Source: Methanotrichaceae archaeon
GTDB lineage: Archaea; Halobacteriota; Methanosarcinia; Methanotrichales; Methanotrichaceae
Length of the DNA stretch: 53,843 bases
Reading direction: 5' to 3'
Assembly (NCBI GenBank): GCA_963754945.1
Contig: CAVWIG010000044.1
Coordinates: 1-53,843 of the forward strand
The notes beneath the pieces were generated by a model, which saw nothing but the letters and a program-made list of their open reading frames with translations, was not told the DNA's origin and ran no database searches. This document shows, piece by piece, positions 1 through 10,486 of the stretch (position 1 is the first letter of the stretch; each line of letters begins with the position of its first letter). The position numbers and the translations under genes are program-made.

Positions 1-740
1 AAGACAACCATCTCTGGATGAAGCTGGAGCACCTTGGACGCTACCTTTTTGCTGCCGATTTCCTGAAACAGCATCGACCAAAAGTCGTAGGCGATATATC
101 ATGTGGAATAGGCTATGGCATACCTGAACTCGGACGAATAGCGCAGACGATCATTGGAGTTGACAGCAGCCAAGAGATGTTAGAGATCGCGTCAAAAAAG
201 ATCTCTGAAAGGGGCAATAATCATAAGGTGAGGTTCCTCAACAAGGATCTCGACAGCGACGATTTGACGCCCGATATAGAGCCTGGATCGGTTGACGCGG
301 TGGTCAGTTTTGAGACCCTTGAGCATCTTGTCGATCCCAACAGAGCAGTCTATCAGTTCTCTCGGATATTGCGGCTTGGCGGTTTCTTTATATGTTCGGT
401 CCCAAACGCGCTTTCAGAGTCGAGAGCAAGCGCCTGTGTCCCTAGTAACGGATATCACAAGCAATTGTTCAACTTCGGATCGTTGAGCAGAATGGTGCAG
501 AGTCACGGTATGCAGGTGGTGTACAGGTTGGGGCAGTCTTGGTCTTATTCTCTTCTCAAGAGGGAACAGCAGTTGTCAAGAGCCAGGCTGATTGAGCGGA
601 GATTATCAGATATACCGGAAATGCATTCTCCCGAGATGATCCGGTTGCTTTCGTACATCTTAGCGTATCCAACAGTCGAGGACGTTGACGGTTCCTATTC
701 GATCATCATCGTTGCACATAAGCAGCCCGCTAGGGTTTAG
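1..740 (+). CDS. Class I SAM-dependent methyltransferase (probably 5'-truncated by the window edge)
   Basis: Motif I-like DISCGIGYG and VVSFETLEHL. The frame is open upstream of ATG18 to the window start (DNHLW-M). Confidence 0.8.
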   Translation, partial: DNHLWMKLEHLGRYLFAADFLKQHRPKVVGDISCGIGYGIPELGRIAQTIIGVDSSQEMLEIASKKISERGNNHKVRFLNKDLDSDDLTPDIEPGSVDAVVSFETLEHLVDPNRAVYQFSRILRLGGFFICSVPNALSESRASACVPSNGYHKQLFNFGSLSRMVQSHGMQVVYRLGQSWSYSLLKREQQLSRARLIERRLSDIPEMHSPEMIRLLSYILAYPTVEDVDGSYSIIIVAHKQPARV

Positions 741-875
741 TGCTAGGGCTTGGTTCTGAAGTGCAAATACAATTCCGTCGAAGAGCGGATTGAAAATCTC
801 TAGGCCCGTTAATGGTAATGAATTTCGCGGCACCGGGCCTATGAATGAATCTCGTTTCTTGCCAGAAGCGTCATT

Positions 876-2286
876 TCAACGAACCTTTTTCCTGACCGTC
901 CCACGGGCAGGCACCGCAGTTCTTTGAAGGTTTCCCCGTGCCAGCGAAAAGACTACGCCTATCACACAAAGACCCGCGAAAATGCCAAAGGCGACTCTAA
1001 TGCTTGTCATTAGCCCGCCAAGCATACTAGGCTCAATCTCGACGTGGCCCATGATAACAGAGAACGTGACCATGGCAATGCCAAGGCTCATCATCTGGCC
1101 GATGAGCCGCATGGTGCTCACCATCCCTGAGGCAACACCGTAGTCACACCTGTCCACTGAGCTCATGATGGCATTGGTGTTGGGTGAAGAGAAGAGCGCA
1201 AAGCCAAGGCCAAGAAACATCAGGCTGGCGACGATCAACGTCGTTGAGGTTTCAGGCGTAAGGAAAGCGAAAAGAGCCAGGCCTACCACGCACAATCCCA
1301 TGCCAGCCGACGCCACGATTCTGGGCTCCATTCTGTCAGAAAGTCGCCCGGCGAGCGGAGAAAATGTGGCCTGCACAATTGGCTGGGCGATGAGGATCAA
1401 CCCAGCCGTCTGAGGACCATAACCTTTCAAGTACTGCAAGTACAGGCTCAACAGGAATGTCACTGCAAACGTGGCACTGTAGTTGATCAGGGCAGCCAGG
1501 TTGGAGAACAGGAACACTGTGTTGTTTCGGAAGACGCCTATCTTCAGGATGGGATTCCTGTTTTTTAGCTCCCATTTAAAGAAAATGGCCGTAATAACAA
1601 CAGTTGCCGCCAGCAAATATGCACCTTGCCTGTCAGGGATCAGCGAAAGCCCGTAGATTAGCGTGGAGAGCATCAAACCGTATAGAACAGTGCCGACAAT
1701 ATCGAATCTCTCCGTTTCTGCACACCGCCACTCACCCTTGATCATCTTCAACGCCATCAATGCAATCAGCAGGGCGTAAACCATCACCCCTGCGTATATG
1801 AACCTCCATCCCGCATACTGGGTAATGATTCCTCCCAGGAGCGGTCCTGAGGACAGCCCTAGATAAATGACAGCCACATTTATGCCCAGCACCTTGCCTC
1901 TTTCATTAGCCCGGGTAGACGGATGTGAGGATAGCGATGGATGTGCCGAAGATCATGGCGCTTCCAAAACCCTCGATCGCTCGGGAGGCGATCAGCATGA
2001 AAATTGAGCTGGATATGCTGCACAGAAGCGATGATATAACAATTATCGATAGGCCTGCAACGAAGATCTTTTTCCTTCCGAAGATATCGGCTATCCGGCC
2101 AAAGGGCACTACAAAGACGGCTGCCGAGAGCAGGAACCCTGTCACCACCCATCCCAGCAGCGCCTGGTCAGGGACTGCGAAATCAGCATTGATGGTAGGA
2201 AGGGCAACGTTTACGGAAGAGGCCAAGAAGGGCGTAACAAAAGACGCCATGCAGGCGATCCACAGCACGATCCTCTTGTCGTCCAT
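876..2286 (-). CDS. MFS drug:H+ antiporter (DHA2/EmrB-like), split by a +1 frameshift at ~1910
   Basis: Motifs GRIADIFGRKK and GRLSDRMEPR. Removing one base in CCCGGG (1910-1915) joins the ORFs as ...SVYP-ANERGKVLGIN... Confidence 0.85.
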
Positions 2287-2348
2287 TGGTCTTGGTTAGA
2301 TAAACACAAGTTCTTATAGGCATCTCAGGGAAGATCTATAGAATAATA

Positions 2349-2879
2349 ATGACGAGCAAAATTATTCTCTATATCGCTTCAAGCCTCGATGGATTTATCG
2401 CTGGAAGGAACGGTGACATATCCTGGCTTGACGCCTATCAAGTCGAGGGTGAGGATTATGGTTACTCTGAATTCTTAAAGGCCATCGACATCATCGTCAT
2501 GGGCTCAAAGACTTATGAGCAGGTATTGAATTTTGGCAGTTGGCCTTATGAGGGTGTCAAGACATATGTCATGACTAAAAGGCAGCTTGAACCAGTCGAT
2601 AAGGCGAAGGTCAAATTTTACTCTGGGGATTTGAATTCTTTCGTTCCTGGCATAAAACTCGAAAGTCACAAGAACATATGGTTGGTGGGTGGGGCATCGC
2701 TGTCTCAGAGTTTCCTAAAACATAACTCCATAGATGAAATGATTCTTTCGATCATCCCGGTGATCCTTGGAGATGGAATATCGCTATTCAGACGTACACA
2801 AGAGGAATTTGGACTCAAACTGCTCAGATCAGGATCATACGATAACGGCGTTGTCCAACTGCATTATAAACTGGAATAG
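2349..2879 (+). CDS. Dihydrofolate reductase / RibD C-terminal family protein
   Basis: IASSLDGFIA, MGSKTY, IWLVGGA and IIPVILGDG motifs. Confidence 0.85.
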   Translation: MTSKIILYIASSLDGFIAGRNGDISWLDAYQVEGEDYGYSEFLKAIDIIVMGSKTYEQVLNFGSWPYEGVKTYVMTKRQLEPVDKAKVKFYSGDLNSFVPGIKLESHKNIWLVGGASLSQSFLKHNSIDEMILSIIPVILGDGISLFRRTQEEFGLKLLRSGSYDNGVVQLHYKLE

Positions 2880-2887
2880 ACTATGAG

Positions 2888-4200
2888 CTACCCATATCAG
2901 GACGTTGTTCTATATGGAAGTTCAAAGGAATAAGGTTTGTGGGGTAGACGTTCATAAGAAGTTTCTCGTCGCCACTATCCTTAGCAGAGATGGGACTAAG
3001 CTAACTCAGCGATTCAGAATAACTCCGGATGATCTGTCGAAGTTCAGAACGTGGGTTATTGAGAACGGCAGCGAGCAGGTAGCTGTTGAATCCACAGGTG
3101 TCTATTGGATACCTGTGTTTAATGCCTTAGAGGGAAGCGTCGATCTGATACTGGCCAATGCCTACAAGATCAAGAACACTTCCAAGCCCAAGACGGATCT
3201 CACGGATTCGGAATGGATTGCTGAACTTTGTTTGAATGGTATGATAAAGCCTTCAAGAATATTTCTCAAAGATGATCGCGACCTCAGAAGTTTAACTCGT
3301 GCTAGGGAAAGATATGTCTATGATCTGACGAGGGAGAAGAATCGAGTCCATAAGTCGCTTGATTCGTGCAATATCACGCTCTCTTCAGTCCTATCAAATA
3401 TTTTTGGAAAGGTTGGCAGATATATCTTGATAGGGCTACTGGATGGGAAGGATATCGATGAGATAATTAAAGGCATTCCGGTCAAACGTCTCATGAAGAA
3501 GGCGGATCAGATTCGAGAAGCCATCAAGAATGGTCTCGATGTTACCAAGATCCAATTGATCAAAGGGTCCCTGGAGCTGATGGAAGCTATTCAGAAGAGA
3601 ATCGACGAGCTGGCAACCGAGATCCGGAGAAGGGTCATTCATCAAAAGGAGAACATAGCAATCCTGATGTCTGTTCCGGGAATTGGATTTATTTCGGCGG
3701 TAACGATCCTGGCAGAGATCGGAGATTTTAGGGATTTCGAGAAACCTGAGAAGCTTGCAGCGTGGTGCGGACTTGTACCCTCAGTTTATCAATCTGCTGA
3801 TAAGCTAATTACTGGTAGCATTACCAAACATGGGTCAAAGCATCTCAGATGGATTCTCGTAGAGGTTGCTCAGGTTGTTGCCCGATGTGGTAGCCCTAAA
3901 CTAAAGAGATTCTTTCTCCGAGTTAAGGCCAAGAAAGGATATAATGTGGCAATTGTAGCTCTTGCCAGAAAGATCCTTTGCATACTGCATCATCTGCTGA
4001 TGAATCGAGAGATGTACGAGGCTGATGGGGAAAAGAAAAAAGTTGAGATTGATCTTGACGAGAAAGGGGACTCCGCTGGGATGAGCATCGAGGACATGAT
4101 CAAGTATGTGGTCAAAGCTGGTTATGATGTCAAGAAGAAGTCGGGGATGGGCGACTAAGCCCATCCTCTTGCAATCGATTTATGGGGTTTTACATGGGAA
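2888..4200 (+). mobile_element. Compact IS110 element; ends approximate
   Basis: Transposase with short subterminal inverted CCCAT/ATGGG motifs (~2891 and ~4194). Flanking host genes end at 2879 and start at ~4236. Confidence 0.6.
2914..4158 (+). CDS. IS110-family recombinase/transposase
   Basis: DEDD RuvC-like N-terminus (GVDVHKK, VESTG, KTDLTDS) and Tnp20-like C-terminus ([24 protein letters not shown]). Confidence 0.93.
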   Translation: MEVQRNKVCGVDVHKKFLVATILSRDGTKLTQRFRITPDDLSKFRTWVIENGSEQVAVESTGVYWIPVFNALEGSVDLILANAYKIKNTSKPKTDLTDSEWIAELCLNGMIKPSRIFLKDDRDLRSLTRARERYVYDLTREKNRVHKSLDSCNITLSSVLSNIFGKVGRYILIGLLDGKDIDEIIKGIPVKRLMKKADQIREAIKNGLDVTKIQLIKGSLELMEAIQKRIDELATEIRRRVIHQKENIAILMSVPGIGFISAVTILAEIGDFRDFEKPEKLAAWCGLVPSVYQSADKLITGSITKHGSKHLRWILVEVAQVVARCGSPKLKRFFLRVKAKKGYNVAIVALARKILCILHHLLMNREMYEADGEKKKVEIDLDEKGDSAGMSIEDMIKYVVKAGYDVKKKSGMGD

Positions 4201-4235
4201 TGTGGGATCGAATATATCTCAAAGCAAAAACTAAG

Positions 4236-5031
4236 ATGAGTAGTATGGTTCTGAGGAAGATCATCAAGATCGATGAGTCTCTCTGCACCGGTTGCGGCAA
4301 TTGCACCATCGCCTGCGCCGAGGGTGCCATAAAAATGGTCGAAGGAAAGGCCAGGGTGGTCAGCGATAAGTTCTGCGATGGCCTTGGTGCATGCATAGGC
4401 GAGTGCCCTGCCGGCGCTCTTACCATCGAGGAAGAGAGACCGAGAAGTTCGACGAGGAAGCTGCCAAAGCTCATCTGAAATCAGAGGAAACTAAAGGCCT
4501 TCATGTAAAGTTGGAGACAAAAATCGATGAGAGCCTAGGCTTCCTGCCACAGCCCCTTGCTCCATATCTTTCGGGAAGTCGCCTGAGGTAGCTACAGAGA
4601 CGGGGCCCGGCCAGCACATGCACAGGCTCGGTCCGCAGTCACAGCTATCAAGCTGGCCCATCCAGATGCGCCTGGCCCACGCGAACGCACCTTACTTCAA
4701 GAACGCAAGGCTTCTCATAGCTGCGGATTGTTCGGCTTTTGCGTGCCAATCAATCGCCGACTTCATCAAGGGCAGGGTAGTCCTCATCGGCTGCCCCAAG
4801 CTGGATGAGACCAAGCCGTTCGTGAATAAGTTGACGGAGATCCTGCATACGAACGACATACTGGATATAACCGTTCTCCACATGGAGGTTCCATGCTGCA
4901 CCAACCTTGTAAGGCTGGTCTCCGAGGCGGTGAAGCGGTCTGGAAAGAAAATCCCCCTGAGTCAGTTTGTTTGCATGATAGGAGGGAGCATGACCCAAGA
5001 GGACAAAAAGGACAAAGAGTTTAAAACTTAA
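4236..5031 (+). CDS. 2x[4Fe-4S] ferredoxin-domain protein, two apparent frameshifts (~4432, ~4530)
   Basis: [11 protein letters not shown] and [12 protein letters not shown], followed in other frames by WPIQ, AADC, GCPKLD and MEVPCC, which are motifs of one protein family. Confidence 0.8.
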
Positions 5032-5063
5032 ATGAAGAGACTGGGAAAGCAGGGGAGAACATC

Positions 5064-6105
5064 ATGGACTACACTGCGGTTCTGGACCGCTTTGGCTGCC
5101 TCATTGAGGACGATCTCAAGAGGCAATTCGATCAGCTTACAAAAGAGGCAAAAGATTATCATCCTTTCATGGGAGAAGTTTACGAAGCTGCCGCAGAGTT
5201 CGTTCTCAGGGGCGGAAGGAGGCTCTCCTCGTGCAGCATGCTGATGGTCTATAAGGGCTACACCAACGAAATCAACGACGGCATTGTCAGGGCGTGTTCA
5301 GGGGTCGAGCTTTATCGGCACAGCATACTCGTCCATGACGACATTGCCGACACCGAATTGCAGAGAAGGGGCGGTAAGACGCTTCATAAGATTTTCGAGG
5401 AGCGTCAAGATGAACATTTCGGCATTGGCTCAGCCATATTTATGGGAAACATACTCTACTCCCTGGCCATCAGAGCGGTTCTGGAGTCTGGTTTCGACAG
5501 CGACAAACTGGTTGAGGTCACAAAGAGGTTCTCATCCGGACTTCAAGGACATAAACGAGAGCCAGATCCTCGATCTTCTGTTCGAGTACAAAGAACCAAC
5601 CGTAGACGAATGGACTGTAATGGCCAGCAAGAGAGCCGCATCATTGTTCAGAACATCCCTGCTCACCGGAGCTGTGCTCGCCTCTGCGCCGGAGAAAGAC
5701 CATCGCATTTTAGATGATGCCGGCAGGCATATAGGCTACGCCTTTGACATTCAGGACGACATCATAGACACATTTGCCTCCCAGGACCAGTACGGAAGAG
5801 TTCCTTGCGGGGATATAACCAAAAGGAAGAAGCCATTGCATTTGATCCTGGCTTTGGAGATGGAGAAGAACGTACGGCTCGCCAAGATCATGGAGAGCGG
5901 AAATAAAATCACCGACGATGACATCAAAGAGATCCAGGACCTCATAAGAGATTGCGGCGCTCTTGAAGAGGCAAAGTCCATCTCCAGAAATCATGCCATG
6001 GAGGCGGCAAGGCTGATCCCTGAGACTGACATGAGTGAGGAAGCGAAGGATTTCTTCGTGTCCTTCATAAGTTATGTTGCCGAGAGCCTGGAGTGGTACA
6101 AATAA
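5064..6105 (+). CDS. Polyprenyl diphosphate synthase (trans-IPPS), +1 frameshift at ~5538
   Basis: GGRRL, FARM HDDIAD...RRG and SARM QDDIID. Removing one G in TCCGGAC joins the two ORFs. Confidence 0.88.
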
Positions 6106-6194
6106 AGATAGAAAATATATAAGAAAAATTATGAGGCTTCCGACTCATTCGAGACGCGAATTGCACAGATTACATGAAGGTCAGTGAGGACCGC

Positions 6195-8003
6195 TCACTC
6201 AACGGTCACGCACTTGGCCAGGTTCCTGGGCTTGTCTATGGGCAGGCCGAGCTTTGCCGCCGTGTAATAAGCCAGTAGTTGTACACCCACAGTGCAAAGG
6301 ACCGCTGAGTAGACCGGCCTTGTCTGCGGAAGCTCAATTACGGTGCTCGCAACCTTGCCTATGTCGGGATCGCCTTCAGTAGCGAAAGCTATCACATCTG
6401 CACCTCTGGCACGGACCTCCTTTATGTTCGACTGGATCTTTCTGCCGCAGGTGGCCAGGGCCACTACAGGCGTCTTTTCCGTTATCAACGCCAGAGGGCC
6501 GTGCTTCAGCTCGCCACCCGCGTACCCTTCAGACGGTATGTAGGCGATCTCCTTCATCTTCAGGGCCCCTTCGAGGGCGATGGGGTAGAGGAAGTCCCTC
6601 CCTATGAAGAAGTAGCAGCCTGCTCCAGCATACTCCTCAGCGATCTTTCGTATCTCCTCTCTCTTGTCCAGGACGCTCTGCACCAATCCAGGAAGCCGGG
6701 TCAGCTCAACCAGCATCTTCCTTCCCTGGTCGGGAGTAAGGTGGTTCCTGGCCCTGCCCAGACGTATTGCCAGCAAGAACAGAGCAGCAAGCTGGCCGGT
6801 GAACGTCTTTGTAGCAGCAACTCCTATTTCAGGGCCGCACCTGGTATAGATAGTGCCATCCACGAGACCGGTGACAGTGCTTCCCACCACATTGGTTATA
6901 GCCAGACGACGCACGCCGCAAGTTTTCGATTTCTTGAGGGAGATCATAGTATCAGCAGTCTCTCCAGACTGGGTGATTCCCAACACAAGGGTCCTGGGCC
7001 GGAGCTGAATGTGCTGGAACTCCGACGCCACCTCGACATCAACCAGAAGACCAGCAGCTCTCGGGATCAGGTACTTGCCGAGAAGGCCTGCGTGATACGA
7101 CGTGCCGCAAGCAATTATTGAGACCCGTTCCAGAGACTCGATCTCCTCGTCCGTCAGCCCCAGGTTCAGCTGGGCGTCTCCGTCTATCTCTGAGATCCTG
7201 CCGGCAAAGGTCTCCTGCAGGGCCCTTGGCTGTTCGTGAATCTCTTTGAGCATGAAATGAGGATATCCGCCTCTCTCGGCAGCATCCATGTTCCAGTCGA
7301 TCTTCTCCGTCTGGAAGGTCTGGATAACGCCCGCCAGATCCCTTATCTCGATCTCTTTGCTGCCATACAGCAGGGCAATCTCGCCGTCCTTCATCCTGAC
7401 CACATCTCTTGTGTAGGGCAGAAGGGCCGCCACGTCTGAGGCAACATAGTTGGCATCATTCCCTATGCCTAGAACCAGAGGGCTGTCTTTTCTGGCAGAA
7501 ACCAGGTAGGGCGAGCTGGCGGATATGACCGCCACTGCATAAGATCCTTCTACGCGATTAATCGCCTTGGTAACAGCATCGGCAAGGTCTCCGTGATAAT
7601 ACATCTTTACGAGGTGGGCCAGGACCTCGCTATCCGTCTCGGACTTGAACTCAAAGCCAGCCTTGGTCAGCAGATCCCTGAGCTCGAGGTAGTTCTCGAT
7701 TATGCCGTTATGAACTATGGCTATGTCACCTGAGACGAAAGGGTGAGCGTTTTTATCGCTGGGCTTGCCGTGAGTAGCCCACCTGGTATGACCGATACCC
7801 ATGGTATCTCCGGGCATTCCCATGCCGACGTACACTTTCTCCAGGTCGCCTATTCTGCCAGCAGACTTCAGAACCTGTAGTTCGCCGTCCGACTTTATGG
7901 CCACTCCCGCGGAGTCGTAACCCCGATACTCCAGCCTCTTCAGGGTATCAAACAGGATCGGTCCTGCCTTCTCCGGTCCTATGTATGCGACTATTCCGCA
8001 CAT
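6195..8003 (-). CDS. glmS: Glutamine--fructose-6-phosphate aminotransferase
   Basis: N-terminal MCGI, GHTRWATHG, two SIS domains and C-terminal KPRNLAKCVTVE. Confidence 0.97.
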   Translation of the reverse strand: MCGIVAYIGPEKAGPILFDTLKRLEYRGYDSAGVAIKSDGELQVLKSAGRIGDLEKVYVGMGMPGDTMGIGHTRWATHGKPSDKNAHPFVSGDIAIVHNGIIENYLELRDLLTKAGFEFKSETDSEVLAHLVKMYYHGDLADAVTKAINRVEGSYAVAVISASSPYLVSARKDSPLVLGIGNDANYVASDVAALLPYTRDVVRMKDGEIALLYGSKEIEIRDLAGVIQTFQTEKIDWNMDAAERGGYPHFMLKEIHEQPRALQETFAGRISEIDGDAQLNLGLTDEEIESLERVSIIACGTSYHAGLLGKYLIPRAAGLLVDVEVASEFQHIQLRPRTLVLGITQSGETADTMISLKKSKTCGVRRLAITNVVGSTVTGLVDGTIYTRCGPEIGVAATKTFTGQLAALFLLAIRLGRARNHLTPDQGRKMLVELTRLPGLVQSVLDKREEIRKIAEEYAGAGCYFFIGRDFLYPIALEGALKMKEIAYIPSEGYAGGELKHGPLALITEKTPVVALATCGRKIQSNIKEVRARGADVIAFATEGDPDIGKVASTVIELPQTRPVYSAVLCTVGVQLLAYYTAAKLGLPIDKPRNLAKCVTVE

Positions 8004-8005
8004 CT

Positions 8006-9211
8006 TTAGATCACCCTGCTTCCCCGGTCGATCCAGCCACTAATTCTGGTTCCCGAACCGATCCTGGAATCTGCTCCTACAATGGTCCCGGGATTCATCA
8101 GAACTCTGCTTCCCACAACATCGTTATCCGCCAAAATAGCTCCGAACTCAGCTCTGTAAAGCTTATCTTCGATGTCCACAACCGCAGTTCCAGTCTCAGT
8201 GATTGTCTGGTCTCCTAGAGTACAGCTCGCTCCCAGGATCGAGTCGGAGATTATTGCGCCAGAACCAATCCTTGTGCCGTTCATGACAATGCTGTTGCGC
8301 AACTCAGTGTTTGAGCCGATCCTGACCGAATCTCCAATGGCTGTGGCTGGTAGTATGTTCACGTTCGGCCCTATGTCACAGTTCCTACCGATAGACACCG
8401 GACCCGTTATGTAACAGCCTGATCTGACAATGCTCCCTTCTCCAACCTCAACTGGTCCCCGGATCCTCGCCCCTTCTTCCAGGTCGCTGCGGATCTTGGG
8501 CTTCATGAGGCTAAGAGCAAGGCTGTTGGCGTTAAGAAGATCCCATGAAAATATGGCATCGGCCCAAACACCATCAGCTATCTTTGCACGTATTTCTTTT
8601 CCATCCTCAATCATCTGAGAGACGGTCTGGGTGAGCTCATAGGACCCGCGCTCCGATATGGGAGTTCTGAAAAGCTCATCGAAGATCTCTGGGGCGAATC
8701 TGTACGCTCCGGTGTTAAGGATTCCCGAACAGGCTCGTCCAGGCTTCTCGGTTATTTTTTTTACCCTTTGCTGCTCCACTGTCAGGACACCATAGTCGCC
8801 GGTGTGGCTTCTGAGGACGGCCAGGATGACATTCTCCCCCTCTGCTGAGACAAGGTCTTTAACAGCTCTTTCGTCTATTAAATTGTCGCCGTTAACGACC
8901 AAAAAATCCTCATTTATGAAGGGTTTAGCCATTCCAAGTGCGTGGGCGGTTCCTAAAAGCTCTTTCTGCTCGATGTAGGTTATTTCCACTCCGTAGTGCA
9001 CGCCATCCTCAAAGTGGTTCATGATCCTCTCTTTTTGGTAGCCCACCACGATATAGAGCTCTTTTACATTGTTTGCGGCTAGAGCTAAGATCACGTGCTC
9101 CATAAAGGGCTTGTTTCCTACAGGGAGCATGACTTTGGACTTCGTCTGAGTTAGAGGCCTGCACCTTCGGCCTTCACCCGCCGCCAATATGACCGCTTTC
9201 AACTTGACCAC
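8006..9211 (-). CDS. glmU: Bifunctional sugar-1-phosphate nucleotidyltransferase/acetyltransferase (archaeal GlmU-like)
   Basis: ILAAGEGRR..P, hexapeptide-repeat C-terminus, adjacent to glmS. Confidence 0.85.
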   Translation of the reverse strand: MVKLKAVILAAGEGRRCRPLTQTKSKVMLPVGNKPFMEHVILALAANNVKELYIVVGYQKERIMNHFEDGVHYGVEITYIEQKELLGTAHALGMAKPFINEDFLVVNGDNLIDERAVKDLVSAEGENVILAVLRSHTGDYGVLTVEQQRVKKITEKPGRACSGILNTGAYRFAPEIFDELFRTPISERGSYELTQTVSQMIEDGKEIRAKIADGVWADAIFSWDLLNANSLALSLMKPKIRSDLEEGARIRGPVEVGEGSIVRSGCYITGPVSIGRNCDIGPNVNILPATAIGDSVRIGSNTELRNSIVMNGTRIGSGAIISDSILGASCTLGDQTITETGTAVVDIEDKLYRAEFGAILADNDVVGSRVLMNPGTIVGADSRIGSGTRISGWIDRGSRVI

Positions 9212-9337
9212 AGCCCAGGTAACTTAGTTACATATATAAAAGTCGAGCGTGGTTTATAACTTTCGGTGAGTTTATGAGCCACAATTTTTCATAAGACTTC
9301 ATAAAATCAAACGCTGTGGAGAACTCAATATAGTATT

Positions 9338-9371
9338 AATGATTAAATTGAATATCAATGATTAAATTGAA
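9338..9371. repeat. Direct repeat AATGATTAAATTGAA x2 (19-bp period) in the divergent glmU/GT2 intergenic region
   Basis: Exact copies at 9338-9352 and 9357-9371. Confidence 0.8.
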
Positions 9372-9562
9372 CCACTAAGATTTTAAACCACACAAAAATT
9401 TTGGTATGTAAGACTCGTTCAATAACCATTTTAGCTGGCATGTCGATCACAAGGTTGGGATGGCGCAAAGCAGCTCGACTCGGTTAAGAGTGGCAGCAGC
9501 TAGATTAATGAGCGATAACAGAGAACATGGCAATCACATTGAGCTTTCCAGGATGCTGCAAA

Positions 9563-10477
9563 ATGAAGAGCCCACTAGTATCCATTGTTGTCTGTGCCCA
9601 CAGAACCGATAGGTATCGCGATCTTATTGACGCTATAGTTAGCCTCAAAGCTCAATCTTATACTAAAATTGAAATTATTACCGTCATCGACGGGAACCCA
9701 GAGCTTTTTGAAAAGATAAAGAACATAGCTGAAGGCCCAAGAATCCAGATTATACAGAACGAGAAAAATTTGGGCCTCTCCGAGAGCAGAAATCGAGGAA
9801 TATCCAGGGCAAAGGGGGATGTGATCGCTTTCTTCGATGATGATGCCGTCGCTGATGCGGGCTGGATAGAGGAGCTGGTAAAGATGTACCAGGAGAAGGA
9901 TGCTATTTCTGCAGGAGGCTGCATATTGCCCTTGTGGCTTACCGGGGAACCCAAGTGCCTTCCACAGGAGTTCTACTGGCTTATAGGAGCGACTCACAAG
10001 GGCTTTCCGGAAGAGGTGGGAGAGGTCAGGAATACTTTTGGCTCGAACCTCAGCTTTAGGTCGGATGTGCTGGCGGCTTTAGGGGGCTTTCGTAGCGAGA
10101 TGGGTTTTAAGGGGAAAGGTATGCTGCAGGGCGAGGAGACAGAAATCTGCGATAGAATGAGAGAAAAGTTCGGAAAAGGAGTAACTTTTAACAATAAAGC
10201 AATAGTCCATCACAAGGTTTTCCCAGAACGTTTGAAGTGGGGTTTCCTTCTGAGCAGATCATTCTGGCAAGGCTATTCCAAGAGAGTGATGGAAGAGCAA
10301 GGATTTTCCCTTAAAGTAGAGGGCAAGTTTTTGGGCACAGTACAAGAAGGAGTCACAGGAAGGATTAAGAAGGCCTCACCAGCGGCATTTTGCCAAGTGG
10401 CAGCTCTTCTGGCCCTGACATCGGCAGTAGGTCTGGGTTACGGCTACAGAACTTTGAGCTCGCTTTTTCGGACCTAG
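9563..10477 (+). CDS. GT2 glycosyltransferase, AglG-like
   Basis: SIVVC, GLSESRNRG, FFDDDA, VRNTFGSN and GEETE motifs typical of archaeal AglG-type GT2. Confidence 0.85.
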   Translation: MKSPLVSIVVCAHRTDRYRDLIDAIVSLKAQSYTKIEIITVIDGNPELFEKIKNIAEGPRIQIIQNEKNLGLSESRNRGISRAKGDVIAFFDDDAVADAGWIEELVKMYQEKDAISAGGCILPLWLTGEPKCLPQEFYWLIGATHKGFPEEVGEVRNTFGSNLSFRSDVLAALGGFRSEMGFKGKGMLQGEETEICDRMREKFGKGVTFNNKAIVHHKVFPERLKWGFLLSRSFWQGYSKRVMEEQGFSLKVEGKFLGTVQEGVTGRIKKASPAAFCQVAALLALTSAVGLGYGYRTLSSLFRT

Positions 10478-10486
10478 CTCTGCTTT

